From the NCBI GenBank assembly GCA_951406725.2, contig OX597825.1, forward strand, positions 84,320,001 through 84,384,000: a stretch of 64,000 nucleotides of DNA. The letters run 5' to 3'. Of the stretch, positions 13,945-27,100 are shown one piece after another; position 1 is the first letter of the stretch; each line of letters begins with the position of its first letter. The notes beneath the pieces were generated by a model that was not told the origin of the DNA, did not search any database, and saw nothing but the letters and a program-made list of their open reading frames with translations. The stretch comes from Octopus vulgaris (taxonomy: Eukaryota). The position numbers were made by a program, and so were the translations under genes.

Positions 13945-14243
13945 TTTATATATGTTAAATACATATGCGTGTGTGTGTGTGTGTATTTCTGACATGCATG
14001 TAATGTGTATAAGTATGTGAGTGTTTGCGTTTGTGTACGTGGTTTGTAAATATTGGTTATTTGTGTTACATTCGTTGATGGACAATTTTGTGAGTCATAT
14101 TTGGAGAAATATACTTGGTTGTTGAGCATTACTTCTCTTTCCGGATTACATTTCTACCTACACACACATTTGCACACCCACCCACAAATGAATACGAATA
14201 TATATATATACATACAAAGCAGATGTACACGATGTACACACAC

Positions 14244-14300
<57 letters not shown>

Positions 14301-14539
14301 TATATATATATATATATACAAAGCGGATTTATACACACACATATATAGAAACATATATACATAAATATTTATATATATATATATATGCATGTATATATAT
14401 AAATATATATATCAACACAAGCACACAAGCACTCAAAAAGTACAAACATACAAACACTATACACAAACACGTACATGCGCAATATGATACATACATACAT
14501 ACATACATACATACATACATACATACATACATACATACA

Positions 14540-14570
<31 letters not shown>
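13670..14570. repeat. (TA)n / (TACA)n microsatellite block
   Basis: Directly visible. Confidence 0.9.
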
Positions 14571-14789
14571 CATACGTAAAACATTCAAACTTGAATACAT
14601 ACACACACATTACAAATGCTCTCATTCATTTTAAGTAAATGTAAACAGCGATGTTGAAAGTAATATCGAGTTATCCATAAGTATTAAATATCATTTTCTA
14701 TATATGTGAGCAGAGAAACGGGACAGTAGCGATGGACTTAATCATTCGAACTGAACAAATCCTAACATTTATGTAAATATCATGTATAT

Positions 14790-14985
14790 ATGTGGCCTTG
14801 TGTGTAGCGCGTTGCGCTCGCAATCGTGAGACGATGGCGTCGATTTCCGGATCCGGCGGTATTTTGTGTACTGGAGCGCAACACTTCATATCACGTTGCT
14901 CTACTGCTTTCAGCTGTAAATGAGTTCCAGCAGAAGTTATGGAATTAAGTCTGCGAGGAACTGGCGTCCCGTCCAGAGAGGAGTG
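14790..14985 (+). mobile_element. tRNA-derived SINE family B, degenerate
   Basis: TGGCCTTGTGTGTAGC..ACACTTCATATCACGTTGCTC..CAGCTGTAAATGAG..ACTGGCGTCCCGTCCAG. Confidence 0.65.
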
Positions 14986-15149
14986 CTTTAAATTTAGTCG
15001 ATTCTACACCATGAAAATTGTGTTACGCTCTGGGTTACGTTCACTACAGTTTTCACTTCCACGTCACTGGAATAATGTTTGCCTCTCAAACCCTCTTTCA
15101 TGGGGCCGAAGAGATGATAGTCTGAAGGTGATAAATCAGGTGAGTGTGG

Positions 15150-15379
15150 AGGTAGTGAAGAAATGGCTCAAAGAAAAATCAACAGAATTTTATGGGGCAG
15201 GGATACATGCTCTCATTCGAAGGTGAGACATTGCTATTGAGAGAAATGGTGACTATTTTGAGGAGTAAGGATGTGTTCCACAGAGGACCAGCTTCGTTTT
15301 GATATATAATACATGTTCCTGTGTTGGTAATTATACCTGCCATAAACAAAATGGCATTTCTTTTTGACTCACCCACGTA
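15150..15379 (+). mobile_element. 3' end of a mariner (Tc1/mariner) DNA transposon, pseudogenised
   Basis: VKKWLKEKSTEFYGAGIHALIRR*DIAIERNGDYFEE* is a typical mariner transposase C-terminus; right TIR CTTTTTGACTCACCCACG is followed by TA (15378-15379). Confidence 0.85.
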
Positions 15380-16191
15380 CTAGATGAAGATGGATTACTA
15401 GCGACGTAATCACGATGTTTCTGTATTTTATATGGAAGCATTTGGGTGTAGAAAACTTTCTTCTTTATAAATGTACAGAAGAACATTAAAGAGAAACAAG
15501 ATATACGAGAAAGAAGAAATTTTATTATTCTATTCGATGAGAAAAGAATATAGTTTAAAAAATAAGTGATAAATATCATAATAAAAGATATAATAATTCA
15601 TAAAGCTATAAAAATGTAAATTGAAATATAAATCACAAAAATTAAGAAGTCATGTTGGATAATTTTTTTTTAATAAATTCAAATTTATATTCCAATATCT
15701 GTAATGCTATAATATTTCATCTTAGGCAATAAGATAATACTTTGTGGAGAATATCGAGGTCTTAGAATTGTACTCGATACAAGAGAGAGAGAGAGAGGGA
15801 GAGAGAGAGATCTACGTCAGTAGAAGAGAACTTTTATGGAATAGTTATAAAACAATCTTTTAATTTTCCTGTCTAAACTTAGTGTATGGTTCAATGGAAT
15901 CGCCATATTGTGAAGATCTGTGGACAGACAAATCGATATCCCTTGTTGACAGTTCAGTTTTGTATTATGAATGCGATAGGAAAATATTTATTTTTCAATC
16001 ATACAGTCGAGAAGTTTCGGTTAAGGTTAAATAACTTGCCACATCATATTTTGTGTCGGTTTGTGATGTTATATATATATTTATAGTGTTTATATTTCCA
16101 TCGAAGGAAATAGAAAAGAATGAATTCTAAAGTGCACAGTAGAGCGTGCAGCCTCCCCCTCTCTCTCACTCTGTCTGTCTCTGCATCTCTG

Positions 16192-16270
<79 letters not shown>

Positions 16271-16277
16271 ATATCTA

Positions 16278-16314
<37 letters not shown>

Positions 16315-16352
16315 CTCTATCTATCTATCTATATATATATATATATATATAT
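16192..16352. repeat. (TATC)n/(TA)n microsatellite
   Basis: Directly visible. Confidence 0.95.
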
Positions 16353-16444
16353 ATACGCACACACACACGTATATGCATGTGTATACATACAGATGTACGC
16401 ATACATGCATACACGCACATACAACTAGATCACATCGACTAGAT

Positions 16445-16980
16445 CAGTGATTCTCAACCTTTTCAAAAGATTTTACATTCCAGTCCCCTTCCTAGAAAAT
16501 GTAGGATAATTAACAGGGCAAAAAATTAATACATTCGTGTAGCGTAATTTTCGGACTATGAACCGCACTACTCACAGACCGCACTACTCGCACTACTCGC
16601 AACCCCGAAAATCACAACGTAGACCAGGCAAACCCCATTGGGTTACAATAAAAGCACATGGAAATATGGAGAATCAGTTGATCGATTGGTTACAAAACAA
16701 ATGAGAAAGGAAAATACCAACAGCACATGCACAACGAACCATTATACCTACATAGTTTCTATTGGCCAATCATACTTTAGTAAATGAGTGTATAGGTGTG
16801 GTGTGGGGTTTGGAGGCCAATGACATAAAACGACGATAGCATATGAAAAATTGGAAGTCTTGAAATTTTAAAACTTTCTCAGGCAGCCCTGTTTACACGA
16901 TACTTCAGCGTTTCTTCGCCATCACCCTAAGATCGCTTCGGGTCCTCTAAGGGACCGCGGACCCACTTTGAGAACCACTG
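16445..16980. mobile_element. Non-autonomous hAT (Charlie-like) element with TIRs and 8-bp TSD
   Basis: Ends CAGTGATTCTCAA ... TTGAGAACCACTG; flanks GACTAGAT (16437-16444) and GACTAGGT (16981-16988) match at 7 of 8 positions. Confidence 0.9.
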
Positions 16981-17411
16981 GACTAGGTCCCTCCTTCTAA
17001 ATATCAGACCTTTAATCCTACATCACAGAAATATTAATATGACTTTTACGTCTTTCAGTTTTGTTTTTGTTTTTGGCTGAGTGTTTTCCCGACACTTAGG
17101 GCAAAGAAACGCATTGTATACTTTAGTAGGCCTATAAAATAAACACACCAGATTGCTCATCTACAAAGTCAAGTTATGTGAGAGACAAAAGTCTTTACAT
17201 AGGTTGTAATCGTTCTCACATCGACATCACTCATCTCAATACGTGTGACATACCAATTAAAACAATCTTTTCCACTTCTTACATGGATGATGACCAAGGA
17301 TGCATTCTCAAATTATTTTCGGTTCCTTTTTTGATCATCTCAAATGGTCCTAAAATCCCTAGTATTGTATACACCCTAGGGTCACCAGATTTTTTCGATT
17401 ATCATTATAAA

Positions 17412-17612
17412 GAAGGCGGCGCGCTGGCAGAATCGTTACCTCGCCGGACGATATACTTAGCAGCATTTCGTCCGTCTTTACGTTCTGAGTTGAAATTCCA
17501 CCGAAGTCGACTTTGCCTTTCATCATTTCGGAGTCGATAAATTAAATACCAGTCAAGTACTGGAGTCGATGTAATCGATTGCCACCTCCTTCAAATTTCT
17601 AAAGTAGAAAGG

Positions 17613-17615
<3 letters not shown>
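17412..17615 (+). mobile_element. SINE family A, followed by (ATT)n and a second partial copy (17712-17790)
   Basis: AAGGCGGCGCGCTGGCAGAATCGTTA..GTCGACTTTGCCTTTCATC..GTACTGGAGTCGATGTAATCG. Confidence 0.85.
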
Positions 17616-17689
<74 letters not shown>

Positions 17690-17799
17690 CATTATTATTA
17701 TTAAATCACCTGGTGTGCTGGCAGAATGGTTAGCTGCATTTCGTTCCTCTTTAGGTTATGAATTTGAAATCCGCCTAATTCCCCTTTGCTTTCTTGTTG

Positions 17800-17992
17800 C
17801 TCTTCTTCTTTTTCTTCTTCTTCTTCTTCTTCTTCTTCTTCTTCTTCTTCTTCTTCTTCTTCTCCTCCTCCTCCTCCTCCTTCTTGTTCTTGTTCTTGTT
17901 CTTGTTCTTCTTCTTCTTGTTCTTGTTCTTCTTCTTCCTCCTCCTCCTCCTCCTCCTCCTCCTCCTTCTTCTTCTTCTTTTTCTTCTTCTCT
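17800..17992. repeat. (TTC)n/(CTC)n polypyrimidine microsatellite
   Basis: Directly visible. Confidence 0.95.
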
Positions 17993-18799
17993 GTATTCTT
18001 AGTTTTTCTTCTTATTCAAATTTTGCTTCCAGTTCTTACCTATTTATTTTAATGATTTCAGACACAAACGTATTTCATGTGCAATCCGAACTCGTATCAA
18101 TGAAAACGTAAGCACATACTACAAGTCGCTCTCTCTCTCTCTCTCTCTCAAAAGCCGTGCAGACTGTCGATCGCATTGTATCAGTAGTACAAGAAATTTA
18201 ACAGAAGCAACAAGACATAGCATATATCAACAGCAGAAATTGGTATTGAAAGGAAACTTAAAAAGAAAATGTTTCCCAAATCGATATTTTTCTAAGCCAT
18301 AGTCTTCAAAAGGCGTGGAATATTGACTGATATTGGAAGATAGGGACCGAAATTCCAGGCAATCACTAACACAAAAGGTGGATATGTAATATGTATGAAC
18401 CGCCATCTTACCAAGAGAATATAAATTACACACACACACACACACATATAAACACGTATATAGATACATATATGTATATATGTATATATGAATATAAATA
18501 TAACTAGATGCATATATATATTATATCTATATATGTACGTATGTATATATTATGTATGTATGTATGTATGTATGTATATGTGTGTGTATGTGTGTGTGTG
18601 TATGTGTGTTGTGTTGGGGAAGGAGACAGAAACAGACAGAAGTGCGAGAGAGGGCAAAAAGGAGGGGGAGACTCGCAGTGGCACACGGAAAACATGAAAA
18701 CTATTCCGAAGATTTACCAATAAAAAGAGGCAGGATCGAAATCAATGCCAAAAAATTTTCATCATTGATCAGAACAGAGGACATAGTTATATATATACA

Positions 18800-18874
<75 letters not shown>

Positions 18875-19129
18875 TGTATGTTTGTATGTATGTATGTATG
18901 TATGTATGTATGTGTACCTGTGTGTATAAGGACGGGAGAGGAACAGAAATGAGATAAGCCGAAAAGGTAAATTCACCGGACTAACGCAATTCTTTAGAAG
19001 TAAAAAAAAATCTATCAAATTAGTTTTTTTTTCACAACCAAAGAAAGATATCAGTGGAGACTGATACAAGGGTGATTGATGTAATATTACTGATGTGTCC
19101 ATGACAACATAAGTAAATTTCAGTTCAAT

Positions 19130-19167
<38 letters not shown>

Positions 19168-19354
19168 GGATAGTGTGGTGAGGTGTACGGTCAAAATTTC
19201 ATTTATTGATAGAATATAAAGTTTCTCCAGTCCGTGTGTCGATATGAAAAAATGCTTGTCAAGTAATTGTTCGGTGAACGAGAACAGTTTTACTTTGTTC
19301 TTTGAGGATACGAGCCTAAACCCAGTGGAGAATGAAAAGAAATAAGTGAAAAAT

Positions 19355-19446
19355 AGCCGTTGCGCATGCGTTAAGTGCATGATAAGAGAGAAGTGATTGG
19401 TGAGAGAAAGGAAGAGAATTTCGGTGGGAGTGGGGTGGGGGTGGAG
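19355..19446. promoter_or_regulatory. Candidate promoter motif cluster (NRF1-like, CCAAT, GT box)
   Basis: TGCGCATGCG 19361-19370, ATTGG 19396-19400, GGGGTGGGG 19432-19440 in non-repetitive sequence; motif evidence only. Confidence 0.25.
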
Positions 19447-20261
19447 TTAGAACGAGACTGAGAAAGGAAGCTTGAAAGTAATGGCCACGATAGAGAAAAA
19501 TGCCAAAAGACATACAGATACGAGAAACACCAGGAATGTCGGATGTTTGTTCGTCGTATGGAAATAATTGAAGTCGTTGAAATATTCGGAGGAAGATCAA
19601 GACGATGAGTCTTTGCTAAAATGTAGCAGAAAAATAATAATAAAAATAAGACATGTAGCAATACTGTAGCCATTCGATGACTCCATTTTTAGGTAAATAT
19701 TTTCAGGTAAAATATATTAAAAACATCAATTTCCTGAACACCAACTAAACTAAATGCCTCTAATTACCAGAATACATCAAATATCCACGCAGATACAAAA
19801 TACTGGAGATAAAATTATTAATTAAATGGGCAAATTTATTATCCTTCGACAAAACTGAGAATTTTATGGCTGCCATTCTTATATTGGCCATAAATACCTG
19901 ACGCCTCTTCAGTTCCCAGTATTATTGAAATAATATTACAGCGATGTATCATTTAATCTATTTAATATATTACGTGATAATATTTCAATGGTAATCTGCT
20001 GCTAAAATGAGGACGAAACAATTGTAGTATTATAGTATTATGCAATAAAGCGTGTTAGCTCCATTCACACCTTCTTGTTCATATGTATGTATGTATGTAT
20101 AAATACATAGGTACCCACAGACACACACACACACACACACATATATATATGTATATACACATGCGTTGTGAGAATACATTTATTTTTTCCATATATATAT
20201 ATGTATATTTATTTGTATATATATCTATATAGAAACAAAAATACACACACACACACAAAAA

Positions 20262-20314
<53 letters not shown>

Positions 20315-20344
20315 TATATAGATATATATATATATACATTTTAT

Positions 20345-20388
<44 letters not shown>

Positions 20389-20941
20389 CATATTTTATAA
20401 TCATATCAATAAATCTGTAGATAGGCATGGGAAATTTCGCTACTTCATCGAATTCTTGAACTATGACTTCCTCACACATTCTCTCTCACTCCCTGTCTCT
20501 CCTTACTTTCTCTCTCTTCTCTGAGGCATGTGACCTCACAAAGAAAGGAAACAACAGCGCGCAAGGCATAGCCTCACCCGAAATATGCGAGTCATCTATA
20601 TCAAATTCAAAAACATTTTATACCTTAAATAATAAATACAATATTTAATTTAGTCTAATTTCAAAGCACGTTTAATATTGAATACGAAAATTAATTCCGG
20701 AAAATAGAATGAGTACAATAAAAATGAAAGGAAGAAAGAAATGAAGAATGAAGGAAAGACTAGGTGAATAAAATATTACAGAGAGAATATATTTTCTGAA
20801 TGGTATTTTAATTGGTAATGATAAATGTCTTCTGCTTTGTATTTTATCTTTGGGTCGTTGGCGATTGTTTAGATATTTAAAACTGACCATAGAAAAGTAT
20901 ATGGGTCTATGTATACATATGTATGTGTATTCGTGTATACA

Positions 20942-21029
<88 letters not shown>

Positions 21030-22460
21030 TTTTGAATAACAGTAATGTGAGAGAACTATCCTTAAATAATTCTAAATCTGAAAATTATCTCCCCAGTTGC
21101 AATTGTAGGATTAGATCAAATTGTCCGGCATCTGGTCGTTGTTCGGTCCAAAATGTAATCTATAAATGCACTATAATAACTTCTAACAGTAACTTCTTTT
21201 AACTTGGTTGTTCTATTAATTTTAAACAGCGGATTAGCAATCATCTCTCCTCTTTCCGTTTGAAACATAAGGAAGGTTGCACTACATTATCTAGCAAAAT
21301 TTGGGAACTTAAAACTAATAATATAGAATACAACCTAAAATGGGATATAGTTAGGAGGGCAAAACCTTATAGAAATAATAGAGTAGGCTGCCAACTCTGT
21401 TCTATGGAAACCTACGAAATTTTAAAATATCGAAGTAATAAAAATCTACTAAATAATCGTCTAGAGTTAGGTTGTCTTGCATTCATTCAACAATTAGAAC
21501 TTTCAAATATTTTAAATAGAAATTTTAAGGTTTTCCTACTTTTTCTAACTGTATCTTTTTAATATAATAACAATATGAGATATACTATACCAACTTCTAA
21601 TTTTCTTTTATAGTCAACTAAATTAACCTTACTTTAATCATGAAATTGCACATTTTCCCAATTCTATTCTAATTTTAATATTTAATACTATTCCCCAAGT
21701 TATAAAATTCGATATCTACTATAAATTAGATGAGGTGTTGTACCCCTAACCTTTGCAAAAGAATTTAATTGATCTCTGGCGATTGACCTAGATTTTTTCT
21801 CACCATATAAAAATAAAAATAAATAGCTTTCTGTTCTAATGATAACCTTGATTTCCTTAATGTATTTTCTCTGCTACTAACTTAAACCCCTTTTACAGCT
21901 CCCCTTCCCTAAATTCCTAATAACATTCTGATGGCTTTCAGTTGAAAGTAAGGTCTGGTCAGCTTCACAGTCTCCTAAGTATTTAGCGTTCCTTCCACGC
22001 TAACCTAAATCGTCTGTCACCACATATGTAGATTAACCCTTTGTTCTAGTGTCAATCTGTTTGTCTTTTACATCTCCTAACTTTTTCCCCTTCCTTTCTT
22101 CAACTAACTTGATTCCTTAACCTGCCCTTACCATCATTCTTATAACTAAGGAAAGTTTTCTTACAACAGTTAGTTGAGAACTTAATTTTGGTCTGGTTGG
22201 CATCCTAACTATACTACCTTATGTTCCTGAAATTCATATCTACATCTTTATCTGTATATTTACCTTCTTTAAGATGTTACTAATTGATTTGAGAACTTTA
22301 TATTATTGGAAAACCTATATAAAATTAGCTGAAGATTACTTGACATATTATATCTGCTGTAATATTTACAGCTTTTAATAAAATGTTATAGTATGAAACA
22401 ATTGTACTAAATTACCGGATCCATTCTTGTTACGTATTTTTGTATATATATATATATATA
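21030..22460 (+). mobile_element. 5'-truncated Penelope-like retroelement: GIY-YIG endonuclease remnant plus long 3' region, flanked by (TA)n
   Basis: One reading frame: CNCRIRSNCPASGRCSVQNVIYKC..FF*LGCSINFKQRISNHLSSF..LSSKIWELK..LKWDIV..CQLCSME..LLNNRLEL; a stop replaces the Tyr of the YIG-equivalent motif; hammerhead motif near the 3' end. Confidence 0.85.
22325..22410 (+). ncRNA. Minimal type I hammerhead ribozyme motif (Penelope-associated)
   Basis: TTAG-CTGAAGA (22329-35); long stem II (TACT/AGTA, TGACAT/ATGTTA, GCTGTAA/TTACAGC); GAAA (22395-98); palindromic stem III ACAATTGT; cleavage triplet GUA (22404-06); CTAA closes stem I. Confidence 0.7.
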
Positions 22461-22631
22461 TTGAAATGGCAAAAATACGTCACGATGTGTTACCGCTACT
22501 GTATATAACTCACTTTGATATTTATCATTGTTTGATTTCACTTTTTCAATATCAGCGACAGTGGGCGCTGGAAAAAGGCATAAGTATTTGTGAAGGAATT
22601 CTAATTCTCGGCGACAACTATGATTGTCACA

Positions 22632-22667
22632 CGCTGACGAGAGGTCAACACCTCAAACTCGAGTCCG
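22632..22667 (+). ncRNA. Hammerhead ribozyme relic lacking G12
   Basis: CG-CTGACGA-GAGG-TCAACA-CCTC-(G missing)AAAC-TCGA-GTC-CG; palindromic stem III ACTCGAGT. Confidence 0.6.
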
Positions 22668-22797
22668 ATAAGTTGAAGACGGAAGGATGACTTCCTTGCA
22701 AATACTGACAGGACACAGATGTGTCTATGGCCAGTGAGAGTGTGTCCTCCTGGGGCAAAACTACAGTAGCATCCACCCTTAGGGTTATGAAATGGAA

Positions 22798-22829
<32 letters not shown>

Positions 22830-22980
22830 ATTATAATAATAATATAGTGAAATTAATAATTTGAATAATCATTAATTTCAGCAGTAGATTCGGATGTAAG
22901 CCCCATTCAAGGAAGGTTTAAGAATTGAGTAATTAAGGGTTTAGCAACGATTTGCCTATATATATATATATATATATATA

Positions 22981-23031
<51 letters not shown>

Positions 23032-23679
23032 ACATATACATATATATAACCTATCTCTTTTTCTGGCCATTTACAGCTATATAATTGACTCTTCTGATAA
23101 TTTGTTTCTTTATGTTGTCAAGGGAATTTAGACCCATAGGGAATTAAGGGTTGGGGGAACATCAAATAATATTTATTTATGCCCAGCAACTACATCTGAA
23201 CTGTCAATTCCTAGTAGTCTTAATTCTACCAAAAGGCAGTACACTAGATGACTTAGATCTTTCGATTATAAGGGATAGATAAAAACTGGAAATGAATTAC
23301 AATCCCATCACCCCTTCTGTGAACGACTTGAGCCATTCCAAAATTCTAGTTGTTTTCTCTCTAAGCTTATCTTTCCCACAATAGTGACAGCCTAGAACTC
23401 TTTTATTCTCTAACTCTGATGAAACATTTGCTAAAAACATTATAATAGAATATCCTGTCCGTTGAAAATTTATAGTTTGTAACTGAAGATGGCGCTGTAT
23501 ATCAAAGTATTGCTTGCATTGTTCGATGAAACGACCGTATGACATTAATAACATTACATCCTTGTTTCTAATTGATACTTATTCACCTTACTTCGAGCTG
23601 TGCGGATAATACTGGACTGACTTTGTGTCTCAAATTAAGTATCAAATGCAACTGAATCATTATTTCTGATATATATTTG

Positions 23680-23890
23680 AGTGTTTGTGTGTGTGTCCCC
23701 ACCACCATCGCTTGACAACTGTTGTTGGTTTGTTTACGTCCAGTAACTTATCAGTTCGGTAGAAGCCTTCGACAGAATCACGGCTAGGCTTACAAAAAAT
23801 AAGTCCATAGTTCGATTTCTGCGACTAGAAGCCGGTGCTCCAGCACAGCCACGGTCAAATGACTGAAGCAAGTAAAAGAATAAAGAATAA
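23680..23890 (+). mobile_element. CORE-type SINE, 3' half
   Basis: CCACCATCGCTTGACAAC..GGTGCTCCAGCACAGCCACGGTCAAATGACTGAAGCAAGTAAAAGA. Confidence 0.8.
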
Positions 23891-24177
23891 CAGAATATGA
23901 GTTTGCATATACATGTATGCATATGCATACCTCACATACATACATTCACACAAGCACACCAGCATACACAGCTGAACAGTAAAATGTATTGAATAGTCAT
24001 CGATCGATAGATATATTTGACAGATTCTAAAAATAGTAAAGACAAATTGAGATGAACGGAAATTCTTGGCTGGCATTATTTTGGTCACTCGCGAAAATGC
24101 AATACGCTCGCGCACACGCGCACATTGTATATATACACAGAAGTATATGTGCGTATTTATACACACACACACATATC

Positions 24178-24210
<33 letters not shown>

Positions 24211-24301
24211 GCATATATATATATAGACATGTGTGTATATATATATAGTTGTATACATATAAGCAGGCGTATATATGTCTATATATATATATATATATAT
24301 G

Positions 24302-24342
<41 letters not shown>

Positions 24343-24408
24343 GCATATATATATATACATGTATATATATGTATGCATATAGGTAGATATACATACGCAC
24401 ACACACAG

Positions 24409-24443
<35 letters not shown>

Positions 24444-25759
24444 TTCCAGCATTTATCAATACTTAAGTAATTATATTTACATTAATTTACAACACTTAGG
24501 ATGGGTTGCGTTTAAAACTGCTACCGATCTATAATCTGATTCCCTCAAAACTGTTAATAGTTTCAGTGAAGCAGTTTCGAAAATGGTGCCATTTGAGTTC
24601 CATAAAAATGCCTCCCCTACCCCCTTAAAAAAACAAAAAAACAAAAAGGGCTCGTAGAATCTAAACATATCTTTACGGTCACATTTTTTTCTATTTAATG
24701 GGGAGACATGCTTGTTCGTTTGAAAAAAAAAAAAAACTCCACAAATTTCCATCAGTGGTTTATTTCTTTTTAATGAGTACATGCTTCGAATGTCCATCGC
24801 AGCCCTTAGGGGTATCTAATTTTGATATTTGTTTTCTTTGTTTTTCTTATATCAGAAATTAAAAATAAACGATTGTCACGAAATACGACGTAACACACTA
24901 GCTTCGACTTGAACCGAAGCACTCCCACGGCTCATGCAACATGAGGGCAACATCGATGGAAACCAGTGGTTTTACAACTTCGCGGGTATTTACGTTAGTG
25001 CACACATGCATACATGTAATATTCGTACATACATTCACGCATACATACGTGCATACAGACATGGATGCGTGCATCCATACGTATGTGCATGGATCTATAT
25101 TTGCACACACGTATTCTTGCACGGATTCATACATGTAGTCATACATACGAGATAAATTTCTAATATGCAAATTAGAATATGCAAATTAGTAGTTCCGATT
25201 CTCTGAAGGTACTAGATTTCACGTGTATATATAAAGATGATAGCTGTTCGTCTCTCCGGGATTGGTCAAGTAACGTAGGCACTTCTTATAACCATTCCAA
25301 TAAGAAAATCGATTAAGGCTGTTCAGGATCTTCTTTCGACCTATTAAAAAAGAATTTAAGTGTTTCTCACTAATCTCCCTTTAGCTTAACCTCACTTTCC
25401 GCTTACTCAAGTGCTTGGTTCCTTTTTCCTTCTCCTCCATATTGGATCTCTCGCTTTCAATCTATGTCTGTCTACCGGTCAATCTAAGTCTCTCACTTTT
25501 TGCACTCTGTGTTATCAGATTCTCTCCCCATTATTGCAACACTTCTCTTAAGATAATAATATCCCACGCAGTACTCTTACCGACACCCTCTCTGCCTCTC
25601 TCCAAACGCACACACATACACACAAGGATACCACAAGATAAAGATTTTGTCTTCTTTCATCTGTGTTTGTTGACTGTTACTTCTTTCATTCTTTCTCACT
25701 TTTCTTTAATGATCTGTCCATCATTCTACCTAAACCACTGCCTGCCTACCAATCCACCA

Positions 25760-25762
25760 ATA

Positions 25763-25846
<84 letters not shown>

Positions 25847-25887
25847 CATCCATCCATCCATCCATCCATCCATCCATCTATCCATCC

Positions 25888-25946
<59 letters not shown>

Positions 25947-25966
25947 ATCCATCCATCTATCCATCC

Positions 25967-26012
<46 letters not shown>

Positions 26013-26054
26013 ATATCTATCTATCTATCTATCTATCCATCCATCTATCCATCC

Positions 26055-26136
<82 letters not shown>

Positions 26137-26175
26137 ATATATATATATCTATCTGTCTATCTATCTACTTATCTA
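25760..26175. repeat. (ATCT)n/(ATCC)n microsatellite
   Basis: Directly visible; source of the 302-aa LSIY ORF. Confidence 0.95.
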
Positions 26176-26267
26176 TCTCTGCTCATATAAATATCCTCCT
26201 CTCTTCCTCTCTCCCTGTCTCCCTGTCTCCCTCTCCTCCTCTCTCTGTCTCTCTATGTACGTATTTT

Positions 26268-26462
26268 TTGTATTTATTTGTATCAGTCATTTGACTGCGG
26301 TCATGCTGGAACACCGCCTTTAGTCCAGCAATTCGACCACAGAGCGTATTCTTTGTAAACCTAGTACTTATTCTATCGTGCTGTTTTGCCGAACCAGTAG
26401 GTTGCTGGAACGTAAACACACCAGCATTGGTTGTCAAACGATGGTGGGGGGGGGGGGACAAA
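26268..26462 (-). mobile_element. CORE-type SINE, 3' half
   Basis: CAGTCATTTGACTGCGGTCATGCTGGAACACCGCC..CCTAGTACTTATTCTATCG. Confidence 0.8.
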
Positions 26463-26654
26463 CATCCATCTATCCATCCATCTATCTACCTATCTATGAA
26501 CTCTCTCTCTTTCTCTCTCTCCCTCTCTCCTTCTTTCCTCTATCAATGTAAATTATCTGTAAATACCATCCTATTTCATTAAATTAAACAGAAAATATTT
26601 TAAACTAAAAAGTAAGCGAAAATAAGTTCACCACCAACAGCGCCACCGTACACA

Positions 26655-27100
26655 CCACCACCACCACCACCACCACTGTATCACCAGTTCTGATACTAAT
26701 AACAGCATTTACATCATCACTAGTAAAAGCAGTCTGTTCCACAACCATTATGTCTAAGCCCCTCCAATAACCACGATCACTGACTACACCACCACCACCT
26801 CCACTACCATCACCACCACGACTACCACCACCATCACCACAAACACCACATCGCCTACCACGCCACTACCACCACCACCACAACCAAACCCCCACTACAC
26901 TACCACGACCACCACACCACCACCACACCACCACCACTACCACTACCACCACCACAAACGCCGCCGCCGCCACCACGATCACGACGTCGACGACGACGAC
27001 CACCACCACCATCACCACCACCATCACCACCACCACCACCACCACCACCGCCACCACCACCAACAACAACAACAACAACAACAGCAGCAGCAGCAGCAGT
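26655..27100. repeat. (CAC)n/(CAA)n/(CAG)n low-complexity tract
   Basis: Directly visible. Confidence 0.85.

Noticed and set aside
23297-23560. Possible second, older GIY-YIG remnant on the minus strand
   Set aside because: Only scattered short motif resemblances in different frames; not supportable without tBLASTn
25415-26323. Longest ORF in the track (302 aa)
   Set aside because: Mostly (ATCT)n/(ATCC)n plus a SINE end
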